Source: Jatrophihabitantaceae bacterium | GTDB taxonomy: Bacteria > Actinomycetota > Actinomycetes > Mycobacteriales > Jatrophihabitantaceae | NCBI GenBank assembly: GCA_035765515.1 | Contig: DASTXN010000171.1 | Coordinates: forward strand, 1,885 to 65,884 | Direction of reading: 5' to 3' | Length of the DNA stretch: 64,000 nucleotides | Shown here: piece by piece, positions 1 through 9,400 of the stretch | Layout: each line of letters starts with the position of its first letter | How positions within the stretch are numbered: the stretch's first letter is position 1 | Translations under genes and position numbers: made by a program | Notes under the pieces: generated by a model | Told to the model about the DNA's origin: nothing | The model's input: the letters and a program-made list of their open reading frames with translations, nothing else | Databases searched by the model: none

Positions 1-101
1 TCAACGATCCTGACGGATACGTCGGCGGCTGACAGTGGTCGCCGCCCCTCACCCGGGCGCGCAAACGCCCGCACTCGCCCCTGCACAGAAAGCGAAACGC
101 C

Positions 102-734
102 ATGAGATTTCTTGTCCTCGGAGCAACCGGGCGCACCGGAGTCCTGTTCGTCAAGAAGGCGCTCGACGAGGGACACCAGGTCACCGCACTCGTTCGAAGA
201 GCGGACGCGACCGTCGACTCACGTGCTCAAGTCGTCAGCGGCGACGTCACCGACTCTGCAGCGATCGCGGCGGCCGCCCGAGGTCACGACGCGATCATCA
301 GCACGCTCGGAGTCAAAAGCGCCCGCAAGAACCCGACGCTCATCACCGACACCGTCCGAGCCGTCATCGCGTCGACGAAAACCTCAGGCGTCGACCGCTT
401 CGTCGTCGTGTCGGCCTTCGGAGTCGGCGACTCACTCGCCAAGGCGTCGTTCCTCGTAGCCCCCCTGTTCCGCACCCTGCTCCGGAAGACCTACGCGGAC
501 AAGGCCGCGTCGGAAGTCCTCCTGAAGGCCAGCGAGCTGAATTGGACCCTCGAATACCCGGGCGCGTTGAACGACCGGGACCGCACCCGCTATACCGCTG
601 TCGCGCTCGAGGACGTCACAAAGCTGCCCGTCTTTCCGTCAACGTCTCGCTCGAACGTCGCGGACTTTCTCCTCCGTTCCGCCGTCCAAGGCACCTTCAT
701 CCGAAAGATCGTCGTCGTCACCGACACCAAGTAG
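102..734 (+). CDS. NAD(P)H-binding SDR-like oxidoreductase (flavin reductase/BVR-B-like)
   Basis: ATG ORF with an N-terminal Rossmann motif LVLGATGRTG. About 210 aa, as expected for this family. High GC3 in frame. Confidence 0.8.
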   Translation: MRFLVLGATGRTGVLFVKKALDEGHQVTALVRRADATVDSRAQVVSGDVTDSAAIAAAARGHDAIISTLGVKSARKNPTLITDTVRAVIASTKTSGVDRFVVVSAFGVGDSLAKASFLVAPLFRTLLRKTYADKAASEVLLKASELNWTLEYPGALNDRDRTRYTAVALEDVTKLPVFPSTSRSNVADFLLRSAVQGTFIRKIVVVTDTK

Positions 735-847
735 ATGCGAAAGCGCGAGCACGTGCGCCTCGGCGACCCGTCACTGAGCAAGTCGCGCGGCAACTCGCCG
801 ACCCGGCCGCGCACTGCGCGCGGCCAGACGATCAGGAAGGCTTCATC

Positions 848-1699
848 GTGATTCTCGTGACCGGTGCGACCGGCAATGTCGGTACCGAAACCGTTCGGCT
901 CCTGGCCGGCCAGCACCAGCGCGTCCGGGCCCTGGTGCGCGACCCCGCACGCCTGCGGGGCGTCGAGGGCGGGCGGGCGGGAGTCGAGGTCGTCACCGGC
1001 GATTTCGACGACCCTGGTTCGCTCGACCCGGCAATGCGAGGCATCGACACCGTCGTGCTCGTCAGCCCCGCCGTCCCGCACCAGGAGATCGCTGCCATCG
1101 ACGCCGCCGTCCGCGCCGGGGTTACCCACGTGATCAAGGCGACCAGCAAGGCGTCGGCTGATTCACCGGTCGAGCGCCGTCGCGGTCAGGCCCAGATCGA
1201 GCAGTATCTGCAAGGAACGGACCTGGCCTGGACGCTGCTGCGCTCCAATGCCTACCTACAGAACCTGCTGGCCCTCGCCCCCGTCATCAAGCAGACGAGC
1301 GGATTCGTCATGTCATCCGGCGACGGACAAGTCGGCATGGTCGACGCTCGCGACGTCGCTGCCGTCGCCGCCACCATCGCCACCAGCCCTGGCAAGCACG
1401 CAGGAGCGACCTACTGGCCCACCGGGCCCGCGCTCATCAGCTACACCGACGTCGCCGAGGAGCTATCGGCCGATCTCGGCCACCAGATCGACTACCGACG
1501 CGCTTTGCCCGACGAACACCGCGAACTCATGATCCAGGCAGGCTTGCCGGACCCGATCGCGACGTCCAATGCCAAGGCCTTTGAACTCATTGCCGAAGGC
1601 GACGCTGCATGGATTACCGACGACGTCCACGCCGTCACCGGCAACCCGCCCCGCGACCTGCACACCTTCCTCGCGGACCATCTCGCCGCGTTCAGGTGA
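848..1699 (+). CDS. NmrA-family NAD(P)-binding protein
   Basis: The C-terminal 283 aa of ORF 35..1699 begin VILVTGATGNVGTE at GTG 848, preceded by AGGAAGG. NmrA-like body (LLRSNAYLQNL). The upstream part of the long ORF is R/P-rich shadow overlapping CDS 102..734. Confidence 0.8.
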   Translation: MILVTGATGNVGTETVRLLAGQHQRVRALVRDPARLRGVEGGRAGVEVVTGDFDDPGSLDPAMRGIDTVVLVSPAVPHQEIAAIDAAVRAGVTHVIKATSKASADSPVERRRGQAQIEQYLQGTDLAWTLLRSNAYLQNLLALAPVIKQTSGFVMSSGDGQVGMVDARDVAAVAATIATSPGKHAGATYWPTGPALISYTDVAEELSADLGHQIDYRRALPDEHRELMIQAGLPDPIATSNAKAFELIAEGDAAWITDDVHAVTGNPPRDLHTFLADHLAAFR

Positions 1700-1865
1700 A
1701 CCAGCGCCGATCTCGCGTTCGCTCTCAGGCTGCAGAAAGGAAACACCGCGCCCACTGGTATCACCGGCGGAGTCGATACGCACGAGATGGTCTTGATTCA
1801 CCGGGTAATCCGGCGCGAGTTCCGTCGGCTGCCCGGCCGTCGGAGCGGAGCTGCCGGGGTGGACC

Positions 1866-2198
1866 ATGAGCGCCGACGCCGCCGCCGGCGAGCGGATGGC
1901 CGCCCGCATCGACGCGATGATGCCGACACTGCTCGAACACCTTGCCGAGGAAGAGCAGGAACTGCTCCCGATCGTCTCTCGCACCCTCACCCAGAGCGAA
2001 TGGGATGCGCTCGGCAAGCACGACATGAGTGCAATCCCGGCTACCCGGCGGCTGATCATCCTCGGCCACATCGTCGAGGAGGCCGACGATGCCGAGCGGC
2101 GCAAGTTCCTGCAGGTCGTGCCTGCCCCTGCCCGGCTGGCCTTCCGGCTGATCGGTCGCCGCCAGTTCGCCCGCGCAACCAACACCATTCGCGGCTGA
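1866..2198 (+). CDS. hemerythrin (HHE cation-binding) domain protein, C-terminal half only; possibly a decayed gene
   Basis: LEHLAEEEQELLP and LGHIVEEADDAERRKFL resemble the C-terminal half of actinobacterial hemerythrin-domain proteins. The matching N-terminal motif MVLIHRVIRREF lies at 1787 in a different frame. Confidence 0.55.
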   Translation: MSADAAAGERMAARIDAMMPTLLEHLAEEEQELLPIVSRTLTQSEWDALGKHDMSAIPATRRLIILGHIVEEADDAERRKFLQVVPAPARLAFRLIGRRQFARATNTIRG

Positions 2199-2292
2199 GC
2201 CGGTAGGTCGAGCAGCGGTCGGATTGGCGTCGAGGCCGGATCCGATCCACCCCGGAATCTCGCCTCGGGCCGGTAGGGCACAGTGGTCGTCG

Positions 2293-4797
2293 ATGACGAT
2301 TCTGGAAACTGTGCCGGCGGGTGCGTCGACCGACGCGGACGCGTTGTATTCGGCGTTCACGAATTGGGTCGACGAGCAAGGCATCACGTTGTACCCGGCG
2401 CAGGACGAGGCGATCCTCGAACTGGTCACCGGCACGAACGTCGTGCTGGCCACGCCGACCGGATCCGGCAAGTCACTTGTCGCGGTCGCCGCGCACTACT
2501 TCGCGATGGCGGCCGGTGTCCGGTCGGTGTACACGGCACCGATCAAGGCACTGGTCAGCGAGAAGTTCTTCGCCCTGTGCGCGATCTTCGGCTCCGACAA
2601 CGTCGGCATGATCACCGGCGACGCGTCGGTCAACGGCGACGCGCCGATCCTGTGCTGCACCGCGGAGATCCTCGCGAACATCGCGCTGCGCACCGGCGCC
2701 GCGAGCGACCTCGGCGTCGTGATCATGGACGAGTTCCACTTCTACGCCGACCCCGATCGTGGCTGGGCCTGGCAGGTGCCGCTGCTGGAACTGACGCGGG
2801 CACAGTTCCTGCTGATGTCCGCGACCCTCGGCGACACCCGCGAGCTCGCCGACGACCTCGCCCGCCGCACCGGCCGGCCGAGCGTCACTGTCGCCGGCGC
2901 AGAACGTCCGGTGCCGCTACACCACTACTACGCGGTGACCCCCTTGCACGAGACGATCACCGACCTGCTCGCGGGCGGGCAGGCGCCGATCTACGTCGTG
3001 CACTTCACTCAGGCCGCTGCGCTCGAGCACGCGCAGTCACTGACCAGCGTCAACGTCGCATCGCGTGCCGAGCGCGACATCATCGCCGAGACGATCGGCG
3101 AGTTCCGGTTCACCGCCGGCTTCGGCAAGGTGCTGTCACGGCTGGTGCGCCACGGCATCGGCGTGCACCATGCCGGAATGCTGCCGAAGTACCGGCGCCT
3201 GGTCGAACAGCTCGCGCAGGCCGGCCTGCTGAAGGTCATCTGCGGCACGGACACCCTCGGCGTCGGCATCAACGTCCCGATCCGCACGGTCGTGTTCGCG
3301 GCGTTGAGCAAGTACGACGGCGTGCGCCAGCGGCAACTGCAGGCGCGCGAGTTCCACCAGATCGCCGGACGGGCCGGGCGCGCCGGATTCGACACGGCGG
3401 GGACGGTCGTCGTGCAGGCCCCGGACCACGAGGTCGAGAACGCCCGACTGCTGGCCCGCGCCGGCGACGACGAGAAGAAGAAGCGCCGGATCGTGCGCAA
3501 GAAGCCACCCGAAGGCTTCGTCTCGTGGGGCCAGAACACACACGAGCGGCTGCAGACCGCGGCGCCCGAAGCGCTCGTTCCGCAGTTCGCGGTCACGCCC
3601 GCGATGGTGCTGAACGTCATCGCCCGGCCGGGTGACGCGTTCAGCGCGATGCGAAATCTCATTCTCGGCAATCACAGCAGTTTCGCGGCCAAGCGCGTGC
3701 AGGTTCGCGCCGCGATACGTGCCTACCGCGCGCTGCTCGCCGCAGGCGTGATCGAGCGCCTCGATACCCCCGACGCGACCGGACGCACGGTCGCACTCAC
3801 CGCCGACCTGCCGTTGAACTTCGCGCTGAACCAGCCGCTGTCGACCTTCGCGCTCGCCGCGCTCGACCTGCTCGATCGCGAATCCGACAGTTACCCGCTC
3901 GACGTCGTGTCGGTCTTCGAAGCAACCCTCGAGGATCCGCGGCAGATCCTGCGGGCGCAGGAGTCCCGCGCTCGTGGTGAGGCCGTCGCTGCCATGAAGG
4001 CCGAGGGCATCGAGTACGACGAGCGGATGGAGCTGCTGGACGACGTCACGCATCCGCAGCCGCTCGCCGACCTGCTCGGCGCCGCGTTCGCGATCTACCG
4101 GCAGAGCCACCCCTGGCTGTCGGAGGATCAGCTCGCCCCCAAGTCGGTCGTGCGCGACATGTGGGAGCGCGCGATGACGTTCACCGAGTTCGTGTCCTTC
4201 TACGGCCTGGTCCGCAGCGAGGGACTCGTGTTGCGCTACCTGTCCGACGCTTACCGCACGCTGCGGGCGTCCGTCCCCGACAGCGCCCGCACCGACGCGC
4301 TCGACGACATCACCGAGTGGCTCGGCGCGCTGGTGCGCCAGGTCGACTCCAGCCTGCTGGACGAGTGGGAACAGCTGACCGCGGGCGGTTCCCCCGACTC
4401 CGTCGTCGAAATCGCCGTGCCGGTGTCGCTCACCGAGAACGTCCGGGCGTTCACCGTCCTGGTCCGCAACGCGATGTTCCGCAGAGTGGAGCTCGCGGCC
4501 CTGGGCCGCTACGACGAACTCGGCGAACTCGACGCAGCCGCCGGATGGACGGCCGAGCGCTGGCGCGAGGCGATCGAGGGCTATTACGCCGAGTACGACC
4601 GGCTGCCCACCGGCGCCGACGCGCGCAACCCGGCGCTGCTGCAGGTCGAGCGCACCACCGCGCAGTGGCTGGTGCGGCAGGTGTTCGACGATCCCGAGGG
4701 CGACCACGACTGGGGCATCCGGGCGAGCATCGATCTGGCCGCCAGCGACGACACCGGCGAGCCGGTCATCACCGTCACCGCGGTCGGCCCGCTCTAG
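2293..4797 (+). CDS. DEAD/DEAH-box (Ski2-like) helicase with DUF3516-type C-terminal region
   Basis: Start chosen at MTILETV. Walker A ATPTGSGKS, DEFH box (VIMDEFH), SAT (MSATLG) and motif VI HQIAGRAGRAGFD. About 835 aa. Confidence 0.85.
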   Translation: MTILETVPAGASTDADALYSAFTNWVDEQGITLYPAQDEAILELVTGTNVVLATPTGSGKSLVAVAAHYFAMAAGVRSVYTAPIKALVSEKFFALCAIFGSDNVGMITGDASVNGDAPILCCTAEILANIALRTGAASDLGVVIMDEFHFYADPDRGWAWQVPLLELTRAQFLLMSATLGDTRELADDLARRTGRPSVTVAGAERPVPLHHYYAVTPLHETITDLLAGGQAPIYVVHFTQAAALEHAQSLTSVNVASRAERDIIAETIGEFRFTAGFGKVLSRLVRHGIGVHHAGMLPKYRRLVEQLAQAGLLKVICGTDTLGVGINVPIRTVVFAALSKYDGVRQRQLQAREFHQIAGRAGRAGFDTAGTVVVQAPDHEVENARLLARAGDDEKKKRRIVRKKPPEGFVSWGQNTHERLQTAAPEALVPQFAVTPAMVLNVIARPGDAFSAMRNLILGNHSSFAAKRVQVRAAIRAYRALLAAGVIERLDTPDATGRTVALTADLPLNFALNQPLSTFALAALDLLDRESDSYPLDVVSVFEATLEDPRQILRAQESRARGEAVAAMKAEGIEYDERMELLDDVTHPQPLADLLGAAFAIYRQSHPWLSEDQLAPKSVVRDMWERAMTFTEFVSFYGLVRSEGLVLRYLSDAYRTLRASVPDSARTDALDDITEWLGALVRQVDSSLLDEWEQLTAGGSPDSVVEIAVPVSLTENVRAFTVLVRNAMFRRVELAALGRYDELGELDAAAGWTAERWREAIEGYYAEYDRLPTGADARNPALLQVERTTAQWLVRQVFDDPEGDHDWGIRASIDLAASDDTGEPVITVTAVGPL

Positions 4798-4835
4798 CCC
4801 GCTCGTCAGCCGCAGGCGCATCGTGCGCTCGCCGG

Positions 4836-5717
4836 TCAGGGCGTGATGGACTCCAGGTCGTCCAGGAGGCTCGGGTGGGCGGGCTGCCAGCCCAGTGCCG
4901 CGCGTGTGCGGTTGCTGCTGGACGGCTGATCGGCCGCGAATATCGGGCCGAGCGGGCCGAACGCGTCCGCGGGCACCGACTCGACAGGCAGGCCGAGCCG
5001 GCGACCGATCACCGCGGCGATATCGCGCACCGGGTCGCCCTCGTCGGCCACGGCGTGCCAGGAGGTGCCCGCCGGGGCCTGGTCAAGGGCGAGCCGGAAG
5101 AGGACGGCCGCGTCGAGCGCGTGCACGGCCGGCCAGCGCTGCGTGCCGTCGCCCGGGTAGCCGGACACGCCCGTTCGCCGCGCGATGCCGGTGAGCACGC
5201 CGGCGAAGCCGCCCCGGCCCTCGTTGTGGACGGTGCGAGGCAGCCGGACGGCGGTGCTGCGAACTCCGCGCGCGGCCAGGCCGAGGACCGCCGTGACCGT
5301 GCGGCCGCGACCGCCGACCGGGCCGTCGGTCGGAAGCGGGTCGTCCTCGGTGGAGGCTCGACCCGGCACCCACGGCGTTCCGGAGACGGTGACGAGGGGG
5401 CGGTCGCTGCCGATGAGCGTCTCGGCGATGGCCGACAGCGCCGCGCTCTCCTCGGTGATCGCGTGGGCGAGAGCGTCCGGGCTGCTGAAGTCGTTGGCGA
5501 AGGCCAGGTGGATAACCCCATCGGCCTGGGCCGCGCCGGCACGCACGACGTCGAGGTCTGCGAGCGCGCCCCGGATCGTCCCGGCGCCGGCCGCCTTGGC
5601 GGACTGCTCGGACGTATCGGAGCGGGCGAGTGCGAGGACGGTGTGGCCGTTGCCGAGCAACTCGGCGATGACCGCGGAGCCGATCAGGCCGGTGCCGCCG
5701 GTGACGAAGACGTGCAT
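4836..5717 (-). CDS. SDR-family NAD-dependent epimerase/dehydratase-like oxidoreductase
   Basis: MHVFVTGGTGLIGSAV Rossmann motif. 293 aa. Divergent from a TetR gene. Confidence 0.85.
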   Translation of the reverse strand: MHVFVTGGTGLIGSAVIAELLGNGHTVLALARSDTSEQSAKAAGAGTIRGALADLDVVRAGAAQADGVIHLAFANDFSSPDALAHAITEESAALSAIAETLIGSDRPLVTVSGTPWVPGRASTEDDPLPTDGPVGGRGRTVTAVLGLAARGVRSTAVRLPRTVHNEGRGGFAGVLTGIARRTGVSGYPGDGTQRWPAVHALDAAVLFRLALDQAPAGTSWHAVADEGDPVRDIAAVIGRRLGLPVESVPADAFGPLGPIFAADQPSSSNRTRAALGWQPAHPSLLDDLESITP

Positions 5718-5731
5718 GGAGCTCTCCTACC

Positions 5732-5789
5732 AGTGATGGGACTGTTGTCGCATCACCCTACGCGGTGATGCGACAGAAGTCCCATCACT
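5732..5789. promoter_or_regulatory. 58-bp near-perfect palindrome (probable TetR operator) in the SDR/TetR divergent promoter region
   Basis: Arms 5732-5757 and 5764-5789 pair at 24 of 26 positions (agtgatgggactgttgtcgcatcacc / ggtgatgcgacagaagtcccatcact). It lies between starts 5717(-) and 5802(+). Confidence 0.6.
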
Positions 5790-5801
5790 TAGGATGGCCT
5801 G

Positions 5802-6380
5802 ATGGCACGGTGGCAACCTGGGGCGCGCGAGCGGCTCGTCGTGGCCGCGGTCGACCTGTTCACCGAGCAGGGATATGACGGCACGACGGTGGCCCAGATC
5901 GCCGAGCGTGCGGGCGTCACCAGGAGCACCTTCTTCCGGCACTTCACCGACAAGCGCGAGGTGCTCGCGGCGGGCCAGGAGACCCTGAGCGGGCTGCTCG
6001 CCGAAGGAATCGCCGAGGCCCCGGCCGGCGCGAGCCCGCTGGCCGCGGTGACGGCAGGGCTGGTCCGCGTGTCCAGCGAGATGGGCGCGTTCAACCGCGA
6101 CCTGGGCCCGCGCATGAAGGCGGCCATCGCGGCCAGCGCCGAGCTCCAGGAGCGCGCGGCTCTCAAGACCGTCGGGCTCGCCGCGGCAATGACGGCGGCG
6201 CTGGTCGCCCGCGGCATCCCCGAACCGACTGCTCAGCTGGCCGGCGAGTTGGGCGTCCTGGCATTCAAGCGGGGCTATGCCGAGTGGTCCGAGAAGGATC
6301 GCGGCGAGGGTGACGACCTGGCGCGGTACTGCCTGGCGGCACTGGACGAGCTGCGGGCGGCGTCCGCGTCGCTGGGCTGA
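5802..6380 (+). CDS. TetR/AcrR family transcriptional regulator
   Basis: N-terminal HTH LFTEQGYDGTTVAQIAERAGVTRSTFFRHF. 192 aa. Confidence 0.85.
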   Translation: MARWQPGARERLVVAAVDLFTEQGYDGTTVAQIAERAGVTRSTFFRHFTDKREVLAAGQETLSGLLAEGIAEAPAGASPLAAVTAGLVRVSSEMGAFNRDLGPRMKAAIAASAELQERAALKTVGLAAAMTAALVARGIPEPTAQLAGELGVLAFKRGYAEWSEKDRGEGDDLARYCLAALDELRAASASLG

Positions 6381-6420
6381 CGCGCTCGCCGCGCAGGCGC
6401 GCCCGACCGGGTTGTTCGGC

Positions 6421-7362
6421 TCAGGCGTCGCGGCGCAGCACCAGGAACACCGCGACGGCCACCAGCATCGCGCTGATCCCGACAAAAATCCCGGCCTCGA
6501 TCCACTGGAACGTCCAATAGCGGCCGGCGGGTTGGTAGACGCTGCGGAAGTGATAGCCACTCTGTGCCAGGCAGGCGTTCATCTGGTCCCTGGTCACCAG
6601 GTGGACGCACCTGGGTATTTGGATCGGCCCGATCGGTCCGGTCACCACGTGCCCGTTGTGGACCAGGTCGTTGCTGAACGACCACGCCCCGGCCGGTGCG
6701 CCGCCCTTGCCCTTGCCCGAGTCGAGGACCGTCACCGCTGTCTCGTAGTGCGGTCGCACCCAGTTTTCGATCGACAATCGCACCAAAACGAACCCGCCGA
6801 CCGTGGTCGCGATCGCGGGCAGGATCCGCCGCCATGCAACGCCGGCGAGCAAGCCGAGCGCGGCCGCGAACAGCGTGTACGCGGCCGGAGACAATCCCTG
6901 CAGGTCGAACTGCAGCGGGTCGAACCGGTTGCCGTGATAGGCGTTCATCGTCTTCGACCACCAGGTGACCATGACCGACAGCGCGATACCGGCCAGCAGC
7001 GACGTCACCAGCAGCGTGGTGACCTTCGCGGCCAGCCACCGTCGCCGGGAAACGGACTGCGTCCACGCGAGCACGTTCGTCCCGCTGTCGTACTCGCGCC
7101 CGATCGAGGTAGCGCCCCAGAACACGCCGATGAGTAACGGGACGGCCACGGTCAGGTTGACCAGGTCCATGATCGCGCCGTCGCCGCGGAACAGGTTCAG
7201 GTCGCCGCAGATCGAACTCGACGGGGAGCACGCGGCCATCGCGGAGTGGTAGTCGTGCGCCATCGTGACGCCAGTGATCGCGAGCAGGATCGCGAGTGCC
7301 CCGAGCAGAGCGGCGGCCGTCGCGGCCTGCATGCGGTGCTGCCGCCAGATCAACCAGGTCAT
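6421..7362 (-). CDS. ABC-2 type transporter permease
   Basis: Start at MTWLIWRQHRM, with an ATGA overlap on the upstream ATPase stop. Multiple hydrophobic helices. Operon position is downstream of the ATPase. Confidence 0.75.
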   Translation of the reverse strand: MTWLIWRQHRMQAATAAALLGALAILLAITGVTMAHDYHSAMAACSPSSSICGDLNLFRGDGAIMDLVNLTVAVPLLIGVFWGATSIGREYDSGTNVLAWTQSVSRRRWLAAKVTTLLVTSLLAGIALSVMVTWWSKTMNAYHGNRFDPLQFDLQGLSPAAYTLFAAALGLLAGVAWRRILPAIATTVGGFVLVRLSIENWVRPHYETAVTVLDSGKGKGGAPAGAWSFSNDLVHNGHVVTGPIGPIQIPRCVHLVTRDQMNACLAQSGYHFRSVYQPAGRYWTFQWIEAGIFVGISAMLVAVAVFLVLRRDA

Positions 7363-8252
7363 GACGCCACCGTCCCCAGGTACTGCGCTCGTTCGAGCGG
7401 ATGTTGCGAACCGAGGTAGGCGAGCACGATGTCCTCCAGGCCGAGCTCGTCCACCTGCCACGCCGGATCGTGCACCGGCCCGTTCAAGCGCACCCACAGG
7501 TTCGTCTGACGCGGCGTGGATTCGCGTTGCAGCACAACGTGATCCCGCTCGATGGCTGACGTGTCACGATGGGCGGACGTCAGGATTCGATGCGACGCCA
7601 GCACGTCGTCGATGTCCGCCGCGAGCATCGTCTGCGAGGCCGCGAGTACCACCAGGTAGTCGCAGATCCGCTCGAGGTCGGCGACCAGGTGGCTGGACAG
7701 CACGACGGTCAGATCCCCATCGGCGACTGCAGTGGCCAGCGAGGACAGGAACTCGCGGCGGGCGAGCGGATCCAGCGCGGCAACCGGCTCGTCCAGCAGC
7801 AGGACGCGGGGGCGCTTGCCCAGGCACAGTGCGAGCGCAACCTGCGCCCGTTGCCCGCCGGAGAGAGTGCGGATCGGTTGCTCGAAGGGGATCTGCAGCG
7901 CATGCAGCCGCTCACGCGCGACGGCATCGTCCCACCGCGGGTTCATCGCGGCTCCGAACCGCAGGTGGTCCTCGGCGTTCCAGCGCTTGTGCAACGGGAT
8001 CTCCTGCGCGAGGAAGCCGACGTCGCTGAGGAACGCGACGTCGTCGCTCGGGCGCCGTCCGCAGACCTCGAGGTCACCGGTGGTCGGCGTGCTCAGCCCT
8101 GCCAGCATGCGCAGCAGCGTGGTCTTGCCCGCGCCGTTCGCGCCGACCAGTCCGCACACGCGACCCTCGGGTATCGAGAGGGTGCAGTCCTGGACGGCCC
8201 ACTTGCCGCCGAAGCGGCGGCCGAGGCCGTGGGTCGTCAACGCCGCGGTCAT
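7359..8252 (-). CDS. ABC transporter ATP-binding protein
   Basis: Walker A GANGAGKTT, signature LSGGQRAQV, Walker B LLLDEP. Start MTAALTTHGL overlaps the GntR stop by 4 nt. Confidence 0.9.
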   Translation of the reverse strand: MTAALTTHGLGRRFGGKWAVQDCTLSIPEGRVCGLVGANGAGKTTLLRMLAGLSTPTTGDLEVCGRRPSDDVAFLSDVGFLAQEIPLHKRWNAEDHLRFGAAMNPRWDDAVARERLHALQIPFEQPIRTLSGGQRAQVALALCLGKRPRVLLLDEPVAALDPLARREFLSSLATAVADGDLTVVLSSHLVADLERICDYLVVLAASQTMLAADIDDVLASHRILTSAHRDTSAIERDHVVLQRESTPRQTNLWVRLNGPVHDPAWQVDELGLEDIVLAYLGSQHPLERAQYLGTVAS

Positions 8253-8644
8253 GCCGTCGCCTCCTCGGCCTTCGTAGCCATGAGCGTCGAGCGGACCATG
8301 CTCTCGATGTCCGCATCGCGCATCCCGGCCTTGCGGGCCTTGGCGATCCACGTCGCGAGGCCGCGTGCCAGGAGCATGTGCGTGCCGGCCGGGGGACCGT
8401 CCGGGCGGCGCAGCACGAACGTGCCGATGCCCTGCCGGCCCTCCACCAGCCCCTCATGTTCGAGTTCGCGATACGCCTTCAGCACCGTGTTGGCGTTGAT
8501 CGCGAGCGCGCCCACAACCTCTTTGACCGTCGGGAGCCGGTCGCCCTCGCGCAGCACGCCGGTCAGCAGGGCCTGCCGGACCTGTTCGGCGAGCTGGGCG
8601 TAGGGCGGCACATTGGATTTGGTCGCGAGCCGGAACAGCATCAT
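8249..8644 (-). CDS. GntR (YtrA-like) family transcriptional regulator
   Basis: Winged-HTH LPTVKEVVGALAINANTVLKAYRELEHEGLVEGRQGIGTFV. Short 131-aa YtrA-type size. First gene of the GntR-ABC-permease operon. Confidence 0.9.
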   Translation of the reverse strand: MMLFRLATKSNVPPYAQLAEQVRQALLTGVLREGDRLPTVKEVVGALAINANTVLKAYRELEHEGLVEGRQGIGTFVLRRPDGPPAGTHMLLARGLATWIAKARKAGMRDADIESMVRSTLMATKAEEATA

Positions 8645-8661
8645 GTGAGCAACCCTTCTAG

Positions 8662-8681
8662 TTATCTAGATGATTAGATAA
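8662..8681. promoter_or_regulatory. AT-rich inverted repeat TTATCTA-N6-TAGATAA (probable GntR autoregulatory operator)
   Basis: Perfect 7-bp arms 18 nt upstream of the GntR start codon. Conspicuously AT-rich in a ~70% GC context. Confidence 0.5.
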
Positions 8682-8798
8682 AGCCAGATCGTGCGTCAAG
8701 GGGGATAGCTGAGAATTCGCGCTGAAGGCGTCACGTTTCGCAGTCGCCGTGCGTCGTATGGACAACGGGTACGGCATGGGCGGCGAGAGGAGCGGGCG

Positions 8799-9263
8799 AT
8801 GGAACAGGTGCAACCGAGGGCGCAGACGCTGGCGGCGCAGGGGCTGGCGAACCGGATCGTGCGGGTGCTGCTCAGCACGCCGCTGATCTGCCTGGGGATC
8901 GGTAGGCGCCTGGTCACCCTCTACGTCGTGGGCCGCAAATCCGGGCGGCGGTACACGATCCCGGTCGCGTACACGCGCGTCGACGACAGCCTGCTGATCG
9001 GCACGCCGTTCGGCTGGGGACGCAACCTGCGCACCGGCGAACCGGTGACGATCCGGCTCAAGGGCCGGCGCCGGCCCGCCGACGTGCGGGTGATCTCGGA
9101 CGAATCCGGCGTCGTCGAGGCGTACGCGACCATGGCGCGGGACAACCACAACTTCGCCAACTTCAACAAGATCTCCTTGTCGGACGACGGCACTCCCGAT
9201 CCCGCGGACCTGCACGCGGCCTGGGCGGCCGGGGCACGTGCGTTCGTGCTCACCCCGCGCTGA
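8799..9263 (+). CDS. nitroreductase-family deazaflavin (F420)-dependent oxidoreductase-like protein
   Basis: LVTLYVVGRKSGRRYTIPVAY...GWGRNLRTGEPVTIRLKGR pattern typical of the DUF385/F420H2-dependent reductase family. RBS GAGAGGAG. Confidence 0.7.
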   Translation: MEQVQPRAQTLAAQGLANRIVRVLLSTPLICLGIGRRLVTLYVVGRKSGRRYTIPVAYTRVDDSLLIGTPFGWGRNLRTGEPVTIRLKGRRRPADVRVISDESGVVEAYATMARDNHNFANFNKISLSDDGTPDPADLHAAWAAGARAFVLTPR

Positions 9264-9296
9264 CCGCGGCGGGAGTGTCGGACCGCTATCTGCATT

Positions 9297-9400
9297 GCGG
9301 CGAGGGCGGTTGCCCTACGGTGGCGTGCGATGCGCGCATGCGCGTCCGTCGATGTAGGAGCGCCCGATGGCCCGTGGCTCGTACCCGGTGCTGGATCGTC
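9297..9400 (+). repeat. leader/start module copy A (5' UTR plus first ~11 codons of the CocE/NonD gene)
   Basis: Aligns with 11150-11260. Shared blocks are ccctacggtg, tgcgatgcg, gtaggagc and atggcYcgtggYtcgtWYccggtgctg (MARGS[YF]PVL). Confidence 0.6.

Noticed and set aside
35-847. N-terminal 270 codons of ORF 35..1699, and similarly the 11128..11226 extension of the RCC1 ORF
   Set aside because: The upstream extensions are Arg/Pro-rich, overlap a better-supported gene (102..734), or precede a good RBS-plus-ATG start with a signal peptide. The internal starts at 848 and 11227 were preferred.
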